Shown: piece by piece, positions 19,469 to 29,959 of the stretch
Layout of the letters: the number at the start of each line of letters is the position of its first letter
How positions within the stretch are numbered: position 1 is the first letter of the stretch
Assembly (NCBI GenBank): GCA_029552945.1
Contig: JAKPDD010000046.1
Span: 8,366 to 72,365 of the forward strand
DNA length: 64,000 nt
From: Spirochaetota bacterium
Lineage (GTDB): Bacteria; Spirochaetota; GWB1-36-13; JAKPDD01
Reading direction: 5' to 3'
Made by a program: the position numbers and the translations under genes
Notes under the pieces: generated by a model
Databases searched by the model: none
What the model was told of the DNA's origin: nothing
What the model saw: only the letters and a program-made list of their open reading frames with translations

Positions 19469-19581
19469 CTTAATACCACTTTATTTTCATCAGAATATAG
19501 AATAAATTTATAAATTAAAAAATTTAAACAGAAAATAATAATGTAAAATAAATTAAGGAAAATAAAAGAATTTAAAATATT

Positions 19582-20217
19582 TTAATAATCAAAAGGTAAT
19601 AACTCAAGCTTTTTCCAAATATCAATTGGTAATGGCAACTCTTTAATATATCCAGTATATATGTCAATAATCCATCCTATTATAAGAGGATATGGTTTCT
19701 TTTTAAGTCTATTTTTCATAATAGATGTTTTCAAAAGTCTTTTTATCTGATATATTACATTTAATTCTGAAAGATAATCAGCTTTATTATCAAATGAATT
19801 CATTTTTTCAATTTCCTCTTTATTTTCAAGATATAACTCTCTAATTGTTGAGATCCAGTTTGAAGTAAGTGGATTGTTAACCCCTTTTATGGCAGACTGG
19901 ACTGCTCCACACTGATAGTGTCCTGCAATAACTATGTATTTTATGTTAAGAACTTCAACCGCATATTCAAGAACAGATAATATATTAATATCATTTGTAA
20001 AGACTTGATTCCCTATATTTCTATGAATAAAGATATCACCAGGCATTGTTTTGGTGAATGATGTTATCGGCATTCTTGAGTCTGAACAACCTATGTATAA
20101 AATTGAAGGTTTTTGACCCTCTGATAATTTTTTAAAGTAATAAGGATCATTTTTTACTGCTTCTTCAACAAATTCTTTATTATTTTGCATGATTTTTTTT
20201 ATTATATCATCTGACAA
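19582..20217 (-). CDS. Beta-class carbonic anhydrase.
   Basis: 211 aa with the Zn ligands in CSDSR and HYQCGAV, which is the beta-CA signature. Confidence 0.8.
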   Translation of the reverse strand: MSDDIIKKIMQNNKEFVEEAVKNDPYYFKKLSEGQKPSILYIGCSDSRMPITSFTKTMPGDIFIHRNIGNQVFTNDINILSVLEYAVEVLNIKYIVIAGHYQCGAVQSAIKGVNNPLTSNWISTIRELYLENKEEIEKMNSFDNKADYLSELNVIYQIKRLLKTSIMKNRLKKKPYPLIIGWIIDIYTGYIKELPLPIDIWKKLELLPFDY

Positions 20218-20343
20218 TTTTATTATCCTCCATAATTATATCAAAAATTTAAATATAATAAATTTTAGTTAAAATTATATTATCTTTTAAATGCTGATTT
20301 TTAAACTAAAGTTTAACAAACTATTTAAACTAAGGAGGATTAT

Positions 20344-20967
20344 ATGAAAAAATTTTTTTTATTAACACTATCATTATTACTGATAGTATCTTGTGGGAAG
20401 AGAGAGTTTTCAGACCCTAAGGAGCTTCTTAAAGAGTATACAGCAGGACTTCAAAAAGGTGAGTTTTATACTGATATGTGGGACTTAACTGAGTTTGCGA
20501 AAATATATTATGATAAATATATTGCAACAGCATCAAAAGAAGATCTTGATAGATTAATTTCTAATATTGAAAAGTTCTCAAAGACAGTTGCTAAGTTAAA
20601 CCAAAAAATGGCATCAAACTCTTATATAGAATCAATGGAGATTGTAGAAGATAAACCAGATCTAAAAAAAATAACAGTTGTATACTCAAGAAAACAGACA
20701 GAAGAAGAGAAAAACTTAAAGTTGCCAAAAGTATCTTTAGGAATAGTATTTGTATTGAAAAAGTATGGTGAAACATGGAAAATAATAAATTATGAGAGAA
20801 TGATGTATGCTGAGAGAGAACTTGATATTGTTAAAACTTTTAAAGAAAACCTTCCTAATATGTTAAAGGATGCAGGGTATAATCCTGATACTCTAACATT
20901 AAAGCAAATTAATGATTTTTTTGAAACAAAAATACTAAACCCTCAAAAAGAGGTTAATAATAAATAA
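20344..20967 (+). CDS. Hypothetical lipoprotein.
   Basis: 207 aa with signal peptide and lipobox LLIVSCGK. No recognisable catalytic motif. Confidence 0.4.
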   Translation: MKKFFLLTLSLLLIVSCGKREFSDPKELLKEYTAGLQKGEFYTDMWDLTEFAKIYYDKYIATASKEDLDRLISNIEKFSKTVAKLNQKMASNSYIESMEIVEDKPDLKKITVVYSRKQTEEEKNLKLPKVSLGIVFVLKKYGETWKIINYERMMYAERELDIVKTFKENLPNMLKDAGYNPDTLTLKQINDFFETKILNPQKEVNNK

Positions 20968-21259
20968 TATAACTCTTTTGTATATATTTATAGAGAGGCT
21001 TTTATAAAGCCTTCTCTCTTAGTTTCTTTAAAGTAAGATTTGAATCTTTAGATTTTTTCTTTATTTATAAATAAATATTTTATCAAATTTTATAACTTAG
21101 TTAAGATAAATAACTACTATTATAGTCTAACTTTTTTATTTTTCTATTTTAAAATAGAAATATTATGAATTAAAGTAAAATTGAATAATTTTTATATGAA
21201 TAAGAAATATTATAAATTTATATACCATTTTTAATATTGAAATAATTTTAGGAGGAAAT

Positions 21260-21823
21260 ATGAATAGTTTTACTTTAATTAATAAAGATATTTTTAATAT
21301 TAAAAAAGTATCTACTATTATACTAAGTAATATTTTACTTATACTATCAGCTTATCTATCTATTTTTTTGCCATTTAGCCCAGTGCCTATTACTCTTCAG
21401 ACTTTGGCATTGTTCATAATAACAGGATTTCTTGGGAAAACTGGTTTTATTGTGTTGTCTCTTTATATTTTGGAAGGTATTATAGGTTTTCCAGTATTTG
21501 CTTATGGTAAAAGTGGAATTATAGCATTATTAGGTCCTACAGGTGGGTATATTTCAGGATTCGTTGTAGCAGGATTTCTATTATCTTATTTTTCTGAAAG
21601 ACTTGATTTTTCTAAATTACATATTTCTTTACCACTAATGATTATTGCGAACATAATAATATATACTTTTGGTATTTTACACCTTAATCTATTTTTTATT
21701 AAAGACCTGGTAAAGTCTTTAAAATTAGGAGTTATGCCTTTTATTGTTGGTGATGTTATAAAGATTGTAATATCTTCTATAGCATTACTTTTTTTACATA
21801 AAATAAAAAATATGAGGAATTAA
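21260..21823 (+). CDS. bioY: Biotin transporter BioY (ECF-type S component).
   Basis: 187 aa with six TM helices. [27 protein letters not shown] and [16 protein letters not shown] match the BioY family. Confidence 0.8.
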   Translation: MNSFTLINKDIFNIKKVSTIILSNILLILSAYLSIFLPFSPVPITLQTLALFIITGFLGKTGFIVLSLYILEGIIGFPVFAYGKSGIIALLGPTGGYISGFVVAGFLLSYFSERLDFSKLHISLPLMIIANIIIYTFGILHLNLFFIKDLVKSLKLGVMPFIVGDVIKIVISSIALLFLHKIKNMRN

Positions 21824-21825
21824 AC

Positions 21826-23697
21826 ATGATAAAAAAAAGAAAAATAGCCATAACAGATACAACTTTAAGGGATGCTCCCCAATCACTATGGGCAACAAGG
21901 ATAAGGACTGATGAGATAATTGAGATTGCTAAAGATATTGATGATGTTGGTTACAACTCTGTTGAAGTATGGGGAGGTGCTACTTTTGATGTTATGTTAA
22001 GGTATCTTGATGAGGATCCATGGAATCGTCTTAAAAAGGTAAAAGAAGTTATAAAAAAGACTCCTCTTCAAATGTTGCTTAGGGGGCAAAATGTAGTAGG
22101 TTATAAAAGTTACCCTGATGATGTTCTTGAGGCTTTCATATTTAAGGCTGCCGAGTTTGGAATAGATATATTCAGAGTTTTTGATGCTTTAAATGATGTA
22201 AGGAACCTTGAATCTTCCTTTAAGTTTGTAAAAAAAACAGGCAAACATTTGCAGGGTACTATCTGTTATACTATTAGTCCTGTTCATACTATAGAATATT
22301 ATATAGAAAGAGCAAAACAACAGGTTAATATTGGGATAGATTCTTTATGTATAAAAGATATGTCTGGTATTCTTTCACCTAAAATGGCTTATGAACTTGT
22401 TTTAGGGCTTAAGAGTGAATTAAAGATACCTATTCAAATGCATTGTCATTCAAGTAGTGGGATGGCAACAGCAGCATATGTTAAAGCAATAGAGGCTGGG
22501 GCTGATGTTATTGATTGTGCAGTTGCTCCTATGGCATTGTTTACTTCTCAACCACCTGTTGAAAGTCTTGTTGCAATATTAAAAGAATATGAGGATATAG
22601 ATCTTAGTATTCAACTTAATGATGTTGTAAAAGTCTCTGAATATTTTGAAAGAGTGTCTTATAAGAAGAAAGATTATACTAAAATGCAGAATCTTATAGA
22701 TATTTCTGTTGTAATTCACCAAATACCAGGTGGTATGGTATCTAACCTACTTACACAGCTTGAACAACAAAAAGCACTTGATAAATTAGAGGAAGTATTA
22801 AATGAGGTTCCAAAGGTAAGAAAAGACCTTGGATATCCACCACTTGTTACACCTACAAGTCAGATAGTAGGTACTCAGGCTGTTTTTAATGTTTTAACAG
22901 GTGAAAGGTATAAGATAGTCCCAGAAGAAGTTAAAAATTATGTTGCAGGTTTTTATGGAAGACCCCCTGTACCTATAAATGATAAGATAAAAAAGATGAT
23001 ACTTGGTGATAGAAAAGAGATAACAACAAGACCTGCTGATAATCTTGAACCAATGATGCCTAAGGTTAAAAAAGAACTTGATCCTTCACTGGTAAGAAGT
23101 GAGGAAGATTATATAACATATGCATTATTTCCTGAAATAGCATTGACTTACTTTAAGTGGAGAGATAATCCTACTAAAAATCCTGCACCAAGTGATGTCT
23201 ATGATCCTCTTAAAAAGCAAAAGGAAGAACCTAAGATAGTAGTTGAAACAGTAAAAGAGACAACATCTATAGTTAAAGAAATATCTGAACTTGCAAAAAT
23301 AATTGATACTACAAGAGTTGACCTAATAGAGTTTGAAGAGAAAGATAGAAGAATAAAACTTAGTGCTAACTCAAATACAACAGTTGGTACAAGTAATCTT
23401 ATAGAGACAGCTTCTCATAAAGAAAATAGAATTGGAAAGTCTGATAAAAGTGAGATTGGGGAGACAATAAAATCACCTATGGTTGGTACTTTTTATAGAA
23501 AACCTTCACCAGATGCTGAACCTTTTGTAAAAGAGGGAGATATTGTTGAACCTGGTAAACCTATATGTATAATTGAAGCTATGAAAATGTTTAATCAGAT
23601 AGAGGCTGAGAAAAAAATGAAGATATTAAAAGTATTGGTTGACAATGGTCAAGCCGTTGAGTTTGGAACACCTCTTTTTGTTGTAGAATATCTTTAA
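21826..23697 (+). CDS. Biotin-dependent carboxyltransferase alpha subunit with C-terminal biotinyl domain (oxaloacetate decarboxylase alpha / pyruvate carboxylase subunit B / transcarboxylase 5S-type).
   Basis: 623 aa. The N-terminal carboxyltransferase TIM-barrel has [10 protein letters not shown], and the C-terminal biotin attachment motif is [11 protein letters not shown]. It starts 2 nt after bioY. No adjacent beta or gamma subunits. Confidence 0.85.
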   Translation: MIKKRKIAITDTTLRDAPQSLWATRIRTDEIIEIAKDIDDVGYNSVEVWGGATFDVMLRYLDEDPWNRLKKVKEVIKKTPLQMLLRGQNVVGYKSYPDDVLEAFIFKAAEFGIDIFRVFDALNDVRNLESSFKFVKKTGKHLQGTICYTISPVHTIEYYIERAKQQVNIGIDSLCIKDMSGILSPKMAYELVLGLKSELKIPIQMHCHSSSGMATAAYVKAIEAGADVIDCAVAPMALFTSQPPVESLVAILKEYEDIDLSIQLNDVVKVSEYFERVSYKKKDYTKMQNLIDISVVIHQIPGGMVSNLLTQLEQQKALDKLEEVLNEVPKVRKDLGYPPLVTPTSQIVGTQAVFNVLTGERYKIVPEEVKNYVAGFYGRPPVPINDKIKKMILGDRKEITTRPADNLEPMMPKVKKELDPSLVRSEEDYITYALFPEIALTYFKWRDNPTKNPAPSDVYDPLKKQKEEPKIVVETVKETTSIVKEISELAKIIDTTRVDLIEFEEKDRRIKLSANSNTTVGTSNLIETASHKENRIGKSDKSEIGETIKSPMVGTFYRKPSPDAEPFVKEGDIVEPGKPICIIEAMKMFNQIEAEKKMKILKVLVDNGQAVEFGTPLFVVEYL

Positions 23698-23708
23698 TTT
23701 TACTTTTT

Positions 23709-23733
23709 AAGAAGGGGGACCCCTTCTTTTTTT
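23709..23733 (+). terminator. Rho-independent terminator after the carboxyltransferase gene.
   Basis: A G+C-rich hairpin, gaagggg-ga-ccccttc, followed by a T8 run. Confidence 0.75.
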
Positions 23734-23835
23734 AAATTTTAAATATTTAAAATTTTTTATTTTATTTTAATATTTAATTTTTTTGTATAATAAAGTATAT
23801 TTAATTAAATAAAAATGTAACAGGTAAAATCTATT

Positions 23836-24549
23836 ATGAAAAAAACAGTTCTACTATTTTTTTTCTTTATATATTCTTTTGTATATACAATAGAACTTGA
23901 TTATGATTTTTATATTCAACCACCAATTTTTAACAGGCTTATATTTATCCCCTTAAGGACTTTGTCACAAAAAGAGACAAAAGAGTTTAAAATTATTAAA
24001 GATAAAGTATTTACAGGCGATATTGTCGATTCAAGTATTTATAATAACAATAACTTAAGTGTTTATTATTATCCAGACCTGACAAAATATTATTTAATGC
24101 TGTTAGAAAAGAGAGAAAAAGATAATGATTTAATGCTTAATATTTCTACAAAGCCAATAACTGCTTATCCTAAGGATAAAAAAATAAAGATAAGATTTAT
24201 ATTTGATGCTGTTGTTAACAATTATCAAGAAGATGTTGAGTCATATGCAGAAATATATATTGATAAAAAAAATGTAGGAATAACAGAGCAAAAACTTCTT
24301 TCTCAGGAAAAAAACTTTGAGTTTGAAACAAGTTATGAGAAACATTTACTTCAGGTTAATATATTTATCCAGGATCCTTTAAAGAAAAAGTGGGTTAGAT
24401 TAAAGAATATAGATCAACCTAAGCCAATATATTTTATACCCAATTCTGCATACGATAATCTTTATATAAAGATGACATATTATCCTGGTAAGAATGGGAA
24501 TAGTAGATATTATTTTACTGGGAGTTTTTTAATTGATAAAAAGGATTAA
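23836..24549 (+). CDS. Hypothetical secreted protein.
   Basis: 237 aa with an N-terminal signal peptide. No recognisable domain. Confidence 0.35.
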   Translation: MKKTVLLFFFFIYSFVYTIELDYDFYIQPPIFNRLIFIPLRTLSQKETKEFKIIKDKVFTGDIVDSSIYNNNNLSVYYYPDLTKYYLMLLEKREKDNDLMLNISTKPITAYPKDKKIKIRFIFDAVVNNYQEDVESYAEIYIDKKNVGITEQKLLSQEKNFEFETSYEKHLLQVNIFIQDPLKKKWVRLKNIDQPKPIYFIPNSAYDNLYIKMTYYPGKNGNSRYYFTGSFLIDKKD

Positions 24550-24589
24550 AGTATTTAGTTTTTTTAAATTGTTTTTTAAGGAGAAAGGG

Positions 24590-25429
24590 TTGATAAGATC
24601 AAAAAAAGATAAAGAGTTAATAAAATTAAAACAGGATATTAACCAGATAAGGAAGTTAATAATTGATAGTGTTTTTAAAGCTGGTTCAGGGCATCCTGGT
24701 GGATCTTTGTCTGCAGTTGAACTTGTTTATACTCTTTTTGATAAGTTTCTTAAGTTTGATCCAGATAATCCTAAATGGGAGGATAGGGATTATTTTATAC
24801 TTTCTAAAGGGCATGCAGCCCCTCTTTTATATACTGTGCTTGCGTATAAAAAATTTTTTGAGATAGAGGAACTTGCAACACTAAGAAAAATTGGTTCAAG
24901 ACTTCAGGGCCATCCTGATGCTCTTAAAGTCCCAGGTGTTGAGGTTTCAACAGGTTCATTAGGGCAGGGTTTTGGTGTTGCAGGTGGTATAGCATTGGGC
25001 CTTAAAATCAGTGGTAAAAAAAATAAGGTTTATGCACTTTTGGGTGATGGTGAAATACAGGAGGGTAGTGTATGGGAGACTGCTATGGCTTGTGCTCATT
25101 ACAAGCTTTCAAATATATGTGCTATAATTGATGTTAACAAGTTTCAGATTGATGGTAGGGTTGATGATGTTATGAGAGTTGAGCCTATTGATAAAAAGTT
25201 TGAGGCTTTTGGGTGGAGGAGTATAAGAATTAATGGACATGATATTAAACAAGTAGAGGATGCTTATAAATGGTTTTTAGAATATAAAGGTGATAAACCA
25301 TCTGTTATAGTTGCTGATACTGTAAAAGGTAAAGGTGTCTCTTTTATGGAAAATAAGAGTGAATGGCATGGTAAAGCACCAAATGAAAATGAGTATAAAG
25401 CTGCAAAAAATGAAATTTCTAAGGAGTAG
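24590..25429 (+). CDS. Transketolase, N-terminal (TPP-binding) subunit. Probable TTG start at 24590; the ORF track extends it to an ATG at 24533.
   Basis: GSGHPGGSLS, GHAAPLLY and GSLGQG...GDGEIQEGSVWE are transketolase TPP-binding motifs. An SD (taaggag) lies 6 nt upstream of the TTG at 24590. The ATG at 24533 would overlap the upstream gene by 17 nt. Confidence 0.85.
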   Translation: MIRSKKDKELIKLKQDINQIRKLIIDSVFKAGSGHPGGSLSAVELVYTLFDKFLKFDPDNPKWEDRDYFILSKGHAAPLLYTVLAYKKFFEIEELATLRKIGSRLQGHPDALKVPGVEVSTGSLGQGFGVAGGIALGLKISGKKNKVYALLGDGEIQEGSVWETAMACAHYKLSNICAIIDVNKFQIDGRVDDVMRVEPIDKKFEAFGWRSIRINGHDIKQVEDAYKWFLEYKGDKPSVIVADTVKGKGVSFMENKSEWHGKAPNENEYKAAKNEISKE

Positions 25430-25433
25430 GTAA

Positions 25434-26384
25434 ATGCTTAGAATGGCTTCACAAAGGGATTATTATGGTGATAAATTAATAGAATTGGGATATAAAATGC
25501 CTAATCTTGTAGTTATGGATGCAGACCTTGCATCTTCAACAAAGACAGTTAAGTTTAAAAATGAGTTTCCAGAGAGACACTTTAATTTAGGAATTGCAGA
25601 GGCTAATCTTATGCTGTTTGCTGCTGGAGTTTCTTTAACAAATAAAATTGTTTTTGTAAGTTCTTTTTCTATGTTTGCAAGTGGCAGGGCATGGGAGATG
25701 ATAAGAAATACTATTGCTCATGATAGGCTCAATGTGAAAATAGTTGCTTCTCACTCAGGTGTTGCTGTAGGAGAGGATGGTTATTCGCACCAAGCTACAG
25801 AAGATATTGCAATAATAAGAGCAATACCGGAAATGAAAGTTTTGTCTCCAGCTGATGCTATTGAGACCCAGAAAATAATTGAATATATTGCTTATAATAA
25901 GGGGCCTTACTATGTAAGACTTACAAGAGAGACAACGCCTATATTTATGCATGATTATTATTCTAATAATGATTTTGTTGAAGGGAAGTTTATTAAAATT
26001 TCAGACGGTAATGATGCAACAATAATATCTACTGGTAGTGTTACTTTTTTTGCTTTAGAAGCTGTTGATATCTTGAGAAAAGAGGGAATAAATGTAAGGC
26101 TTTTTAATGCAAGTTCTATTAAACCCATTGATAAAGAAGAGATAATAAGATCTGCTAAAGAGACTGGATGTATATTAACAATTGAAGACCATAATATAAT
26201 AGGTGGCCTTGGTTCTGCTGTAACAGAAGTTGTATCTGAAAATTACCCTGTTATTGTTAAAAGACTTGGTATACCCGATGTTTTTGGTAGTTCTGGTAAA
26301 CCTAAGGAACTTTTCAAATTATTTGGTTTGACAACCGATAATATAGTTAGTAATATAAAATACTTGATAAAAAATAAAAAATAG
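25434..26384 (+). CDS. Transketolase, C-terminal (pyrimidine-binding/C-terminal domain) subunit.
   Basis: 316 aa. The N-terminus RDYYGDKLIELG..., and the GIAEANLM and HSGVAVGEDGYSHQATEDIAIIRAIP motifs of the Pyr domain, mark it as a split transketolase. Confidence 0.88.
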   Translation: MLRMASQRDYYGDKLIELGYKMPNLVVMDADLASSTKTVKFKNEFPERHFNLGIAEANLMLFAAGVSLTNKIVFVSSFSMFASGRAWEMIRNTIAHDRLNVKIVASHSGVAVGEDGYSHQATEDIAIIRAIPEMKVLSPADAIETQKIIEYIAYNKGPYYVRLTRETTPIFMHDYYSNNDFVEGKFIKISDGNDATIISTGSVTFFALEAVDILRKEGINVRLFNASSIKPIDKEEIIRSAKETGCILTIEDHNIIGGLGSAVTEVVSENYPVIVKRLGIPDVFGSSGKPKELFKLFGLTTDNIVSNIKYLIKNKK

Positions 26385-26431
26385 TTTTATTATTTTCTAA
26401 CCTTTTTAAAGTAAATTTTTAGGAGTTTCTT

Positions 26432-28660
26432 ATGGTTTTATCAGAGTCATATACTTCTCTTCTTAATAAATTGATTGTTAATCCAAGGATAACAGATGTT
26501 CTAATAAAAATATATGAGAAGAAAGAGATCTCACTTGAGGAACTTGACAATTATTTGAAGGACCCGGATTTTCTAAGAGAGACTCTAGTATTTCTTGATA
26601 ATAATAAATTAATAGCAAGAACAGGAAATACTGTTTATTATAAACCACTTATAGACTATTCTAAAATAGATAACTTTATTGAAAACTATAAGATAGCTAA
26701 AGAACTTTTTTACGACGAAGTTAAAAACTTTTATAAAACACGTGCTTTTAATATTGCTATACTTGAAGAAAAACTGAATGAAGTTTTTGCAAATGTTAAT
26801 AAATATACTGATATAAGCTCTAATTTTAGAAGTATATATAAAATTAAAGACTTGTATCCGAAAAGTGCTGAAATAACAATAAATATTATAGGAGTAAACT
26901 CTTTTGAAGTTTATGAAATAAGAGATTCTCTTGTGAAAAATGTTTTTTTTAAATACACAACATCTGATAGTTTTATGCAAACTGATTTTGAAAAAAAGAT
27001 TATAAATGAATCTATACAGTTAAATGAACCTATAGTTGTAAATGAGCCACAAATTAATAATCTTGCTGTAAAAAGGATTTTTACTGTTTATCCTGTAATG
27101 TATGAAAATAAGATTGTTAATGTACTTCTTTTTGGTTTTGATACTTCTAATATTTCTCTGATAAAAGATAATATTGTTGACCTTATTAATGGTTTTGTTT
27201 TAAACTTTACACTTACTTTAAAGACTGTTAATATGATTAAAGTTCTTGAGGATAAGGTAGCAGAAAGAACAAATGAACTTAATAAAGCTAATAAGGAACT
27301 AAGATCTATTAATGAAGAGATATCTTTTAAAAACAGAGCCAAAATAAAAGAGATAGAGATAGCCGCAAATATACAAAGAACTGTTATACCAGATCCAAGA
27401 TATATACCGAGGATAGGACCTTTAAGCCTTGGTGCTGTATGGATCCCTATGCCTATGAAAAAGACTGGTGAGAAAGATGTTGTTGTAAAAGAGGTTAGTG
27501 GTGACTTTTTTAACTATTATAAGATAAATAATGATGAATATGGTTTTGTTATAGCAGATGCTTCAGGACATGGAATACCTGCTGCACTTCTTACAATGAT
27601 GGCAAGTGCTGCTTTTTCGTTTAATTCCAGAAAAGGTGGAACAACTGCAGAAATATGTGAAAGAGCAAATAAAGAGATACATAGTGCTATAGGTACTATA
27701 GGTTCTTATCTTACTGTTTTTTACCTTAAAATCAATCTTAAAACATTAAAAACACAGTTTACAAATGCAGGACACCATAAGGCAACTGTTTATAGGAAAA
27801 AGACAGGTAAACTTGAAGATTGGAACTCAGAAGGATTTTTTATTGGTGCAATCGATGAAGCTTTATATGGTTATGGTGAGAGTTTCCTGGAACCAGGTGA
27901 TAAGGTTGTGTTAACAACAGATGGTATTGAGGAGGCCAGGAGACTTTTGCCAGAAGAGGTAAAAGAATCAAAGTTTAATTCTCTTGTTCTTGATAAAGTA
28001 GGGAAAGAGGATAGGGACTTTATACTAAGTCTCTACGATAATAAAGATGGCAAATATATTATCAATAAAAGGGAACTTTTAAGAGATGAAGCTGATAGGC
28101 TTATAGATATATATAATTCTATTGGTTATGATCTTCAAAATGAAGAAGATAAACTTAGAGCAGACTTTTTTGAAGAGGAAAGACTTAAGGAGTTTATTAT
28201 AAATAATGCGACATTACCAGCTAAAGACTTTGCTGAAAAACTTATTGAAGAGGTAGAAATATTTTGTAATGGTGTTCCAGCAGACGATGACAGAACTGTG
28301 TTGGTAATAGATGTTGGGGCACCTACTAAAGAGACCAAGAATGTATTAATTGAAGAAGCTATAACTAAAATTTCTATGAAGAATTTTAAAGAAGCAGAAA
28401 GTTTACTATTGAAATACATAAAAGAGTACGGTGAAGAGATTGAAGTAATGCTGGATCTTGCTGATGTTTATATTATGTCAAATCAGGATGGTAAGGCTGA
28501 AAAGATTTATCAGGAAATGCTTAAAAAGTATCCTAATGAATACAGAATATATCAGGGATTATCAAAGATTGAGATAAATAGACATAACTATGAAAAGGCT
28601 GCTGAATATAGAGATGAGTCTTTAAAGATAATGACAAAGATGAAAAAAAGGAAAAAATAA
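26432..28660 (+). CDS. Cytoplasmic PP2C/SpoIIE-family Ser/Thr phosphatase with an N-terminal regulatory region, a coiled coil and C-terminal TPR repeats.
   Basis: 742 aa. A coiled coil (EDKVAERTNELNKANKELRSINEE) precedes the PP2C signature (SGDFFNY...FVIADASGHGIPAA...TTDGIEEA...DDDRTVLVI). A TPR-like C-terminus follows (ESLLLKYIKEYGEE...YQEMLKKYPNEYRIYQGL). Confidence 0.7.
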   Translation: MVLSESYTSLLNKLIVNPRITDVLIKIYEKKEISLEELDNYLKDPDFLRETLVFLDNNKLIARTGNTVYYKPLIDYSKIDNFIENYKIAKELFYDEVKNFYKTRAFNIAILEEKLNEVFANVNKYTDISSNFRSIYKIKDLYPKSAEITINIIGVNSFEVYEIRDSLVKNVFFKYTTSDSFMQTDFEKKIINESIQLNEPIVVNEPQINNLAVKRIFTVYPVMYENKIVNVLLFGFDTSNISLIKDNIVDLINGFVLNFTLTLKTVNMIKVLEDKVAERTNELNKANKELRSINEEISFKNRAKIKEIEIAANIQRTVIPDPRYIPRIGPLSLGAVWIPMPMKKTGEKDVVVKEVSGDFFNYYKINNDEYGFVIADASGHGIPAALLTMMASAAFSFNSRKGGTTAEICERANKEIHSAIGTIGSYLTVFYLKINLKTLKTQFTNAGHHKATVYRKKTGKLEDWNSEGFFIGAIDEALYGYGESFLEPGDKVVLTTDGIEEARRLLPEEVKESKFNSLVLDKVGKEDRDFILSLYDNKDGKYIINKRELLRDEADRLIDIYNSIGYDLQNEEDKLRADFFEEERLKEFIINNATLPAKDFAEKLIEEVEIFCNGVPADDDRTVLVIDVGAPTKETKNVLIEEAITKISMKNFKEAESLLLKYIKEYGEEIEVMLDLADVYIMSNQDGKAEKIYQEMLKKYPNEYRIYQGLSKIEINRHNYEKAAEYRDESLKIMTKMKKRKK

Positions 28661-28668
28661 GTTAATAT

Positions 28669-29856
28669 ATGAATGTATATATAAAGCTTAAAAGGGATAT
28701 CCCTCTTTTATATAAAAATCCATGGGTATTCCCTAACAGCATAGATAGGATTGAAGGAAATCCTAAAAAAGGCGATATAGTTACTGTTTTTGATTCAAAA
28801 AAAGATTTTGTTGGATATGGTTTTTATAATCCTGAATCTTTCTTTAAGGTAAGAATTTTATCATGGAATATAAATAAAAAGATAGATGAGAAGTTTTTTT
28901 TTGAATCTATTGAAAGATGTTTTAGAATACGTATAAGTCTTTATAAAGAAAATTATCATACTGGTTTTAGGTTAATAAACTCTGAAGGGGATGGATTACC
29001 AGGATTTACATGTGATATTTATAATGATGTATTCATAATAAAATTAACTTCTTATGGTTACTATAATTTTTTAGATGTGATTGTCAGGGCTCTTAGAAGT
29101 GGATTCAAAAAGTTTTTATTAAAAGATATCAAAGCAATTATAAATATTATTAACAATAATGAAATTAAAGAAGAGTCTCTCCCTGCAACCAATCCTTTGA
29201 TTTATGGTGAGAATATAGAAGATATCTATTTTTATCAGGATGGTATTAAGTTTATTCTAAATATAAATAATATCCAGAAGACTGGATTTTATTTTGACCA
29301 GAGGTTTAATAGACTGTTTTTAAAGAATTTTTTTTCAAATTATAGTATTAAGAACATACTGGATGCATACTGTTATGTTGGTTCGTTTTCATGTTATTTA
29401 TATGAAAATGATAGGATTATTGATCTTGTTGACTCATCTTCAAAAGCACTTGAACAGGCAAAGGTAAACTGTAAGATAAATAACGTTGTTTATAATATAA
29501 TAAAAGATGATGTGGAAAACTACTTAAAAAACAGTGATAAAATTTATGATCTTATAATACTTGATCCACCTAAACTCTCAGTTAAAGAGAAAGATAAAAA
29601 TAATGCTATTAAAAAATATATTTATCTTAATTATCTTGCTTTAAATAGAATAAAAAAGGATGGGTTTCTTGCCACATTTTCGTGTTCAGGTAATTTAAGT
29701 TTTTCTGAGTTTTCCTATTCTGTACTTGAGGCTTTAAAAAGGGCTAACAGATCACATAAAGTTATTTATAGTTCTATTAATTCTCCGGATCATCCTTATT
29801 CTCTGGCTATTGAAAAAACAGGGTATCTTAAGTTTTTGTTTATTCAGGTTTTTTAG
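28669..29856 (+). CDS. Class I SAM-dependent RNA methyltransferase with N-terminal PUA-like domain (RlmI/YccW-like).
   Basis: 395 aa. The N-terminus KRDIPLLYKNPWVFPNSIDRIEG..GDIVTV is PUA/EVE-like. SAM motifs ILDAYCYVGSFS and LIILDPP lie in the C-terminal half. Confidence 0.6.
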   Translation: MNVYIKLKRDIPLLYKNPWVFPNSIDRIEGNPKKGDIVTVFDSKKDFVGYGFYNPESFFKVRILSWNINKKIDEKFFFESIERCFRIRISLYKENYHTGFRLINSEGDGLPGFTCDIYNDVFIIKLTSYGYYNFLDVIVRALRSGFKKFLLKDIKAIINIINNNEIKEESLPATNPLIYGENIEDIYFYQDGIKFILNINNIQKTGFYFDQRFNRLFLKNFFSNYSIKNILDAYCYVGSFSCYLYENDRIIDLVDSSSKALEQAKVNCKINNVVYNIIKDDVENYLKNSDKIYDLIILDPPKLSVKEKDKNNAIKKYIYLNYLALNRIKKDGFLATFSCSGNLSFSEFSYSVLEALKRANRSHKVIYSSINSPDHPYSLAIEKTGYLKFLFIQVF

Positions 29857-29919
29857 ATATAAATAGAGTTTACGCTCTATTTAAAAAAATAAATTCTTAA
29901 TTTAGATTTTAATTCTTTA

Positions 29920-29959
29920 TAAAAAAAAGACTCAGGAAAAGGAGGTGAAACCTGAGTCT
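29920..29959 (-). terminator. Minus-strand rho-independent terminator about 200 nt downstream of the SurA-like gene.
   Basis: A perfect 9-bp stem, agactcagg (29928-29936) paired with cctgagtct (29951-29959). On the minus strand it is followed by a T8 run (plus-strand A8 at 29920-29927). A second small hairpin, agcatt-ttg-aatgct, is at 29963-29977. Confidence 0.55.

Noticed and set aside
20968-21259. Possible riboswitch in the 290-nt region upstream of bioY.
   Set aside because: No conserved riboswitch cores are recognisable by eye. It does not have the purine-rich loops, pseudoknot-forming G/C blocks or T-box specifier features of known classes. The region contains only an imperfect terminator-like hairpin (agagaggcttt-tata-aaagccttctct) for the upstream lipoprotein gene, followed by AT-rich promoter-like sequence.
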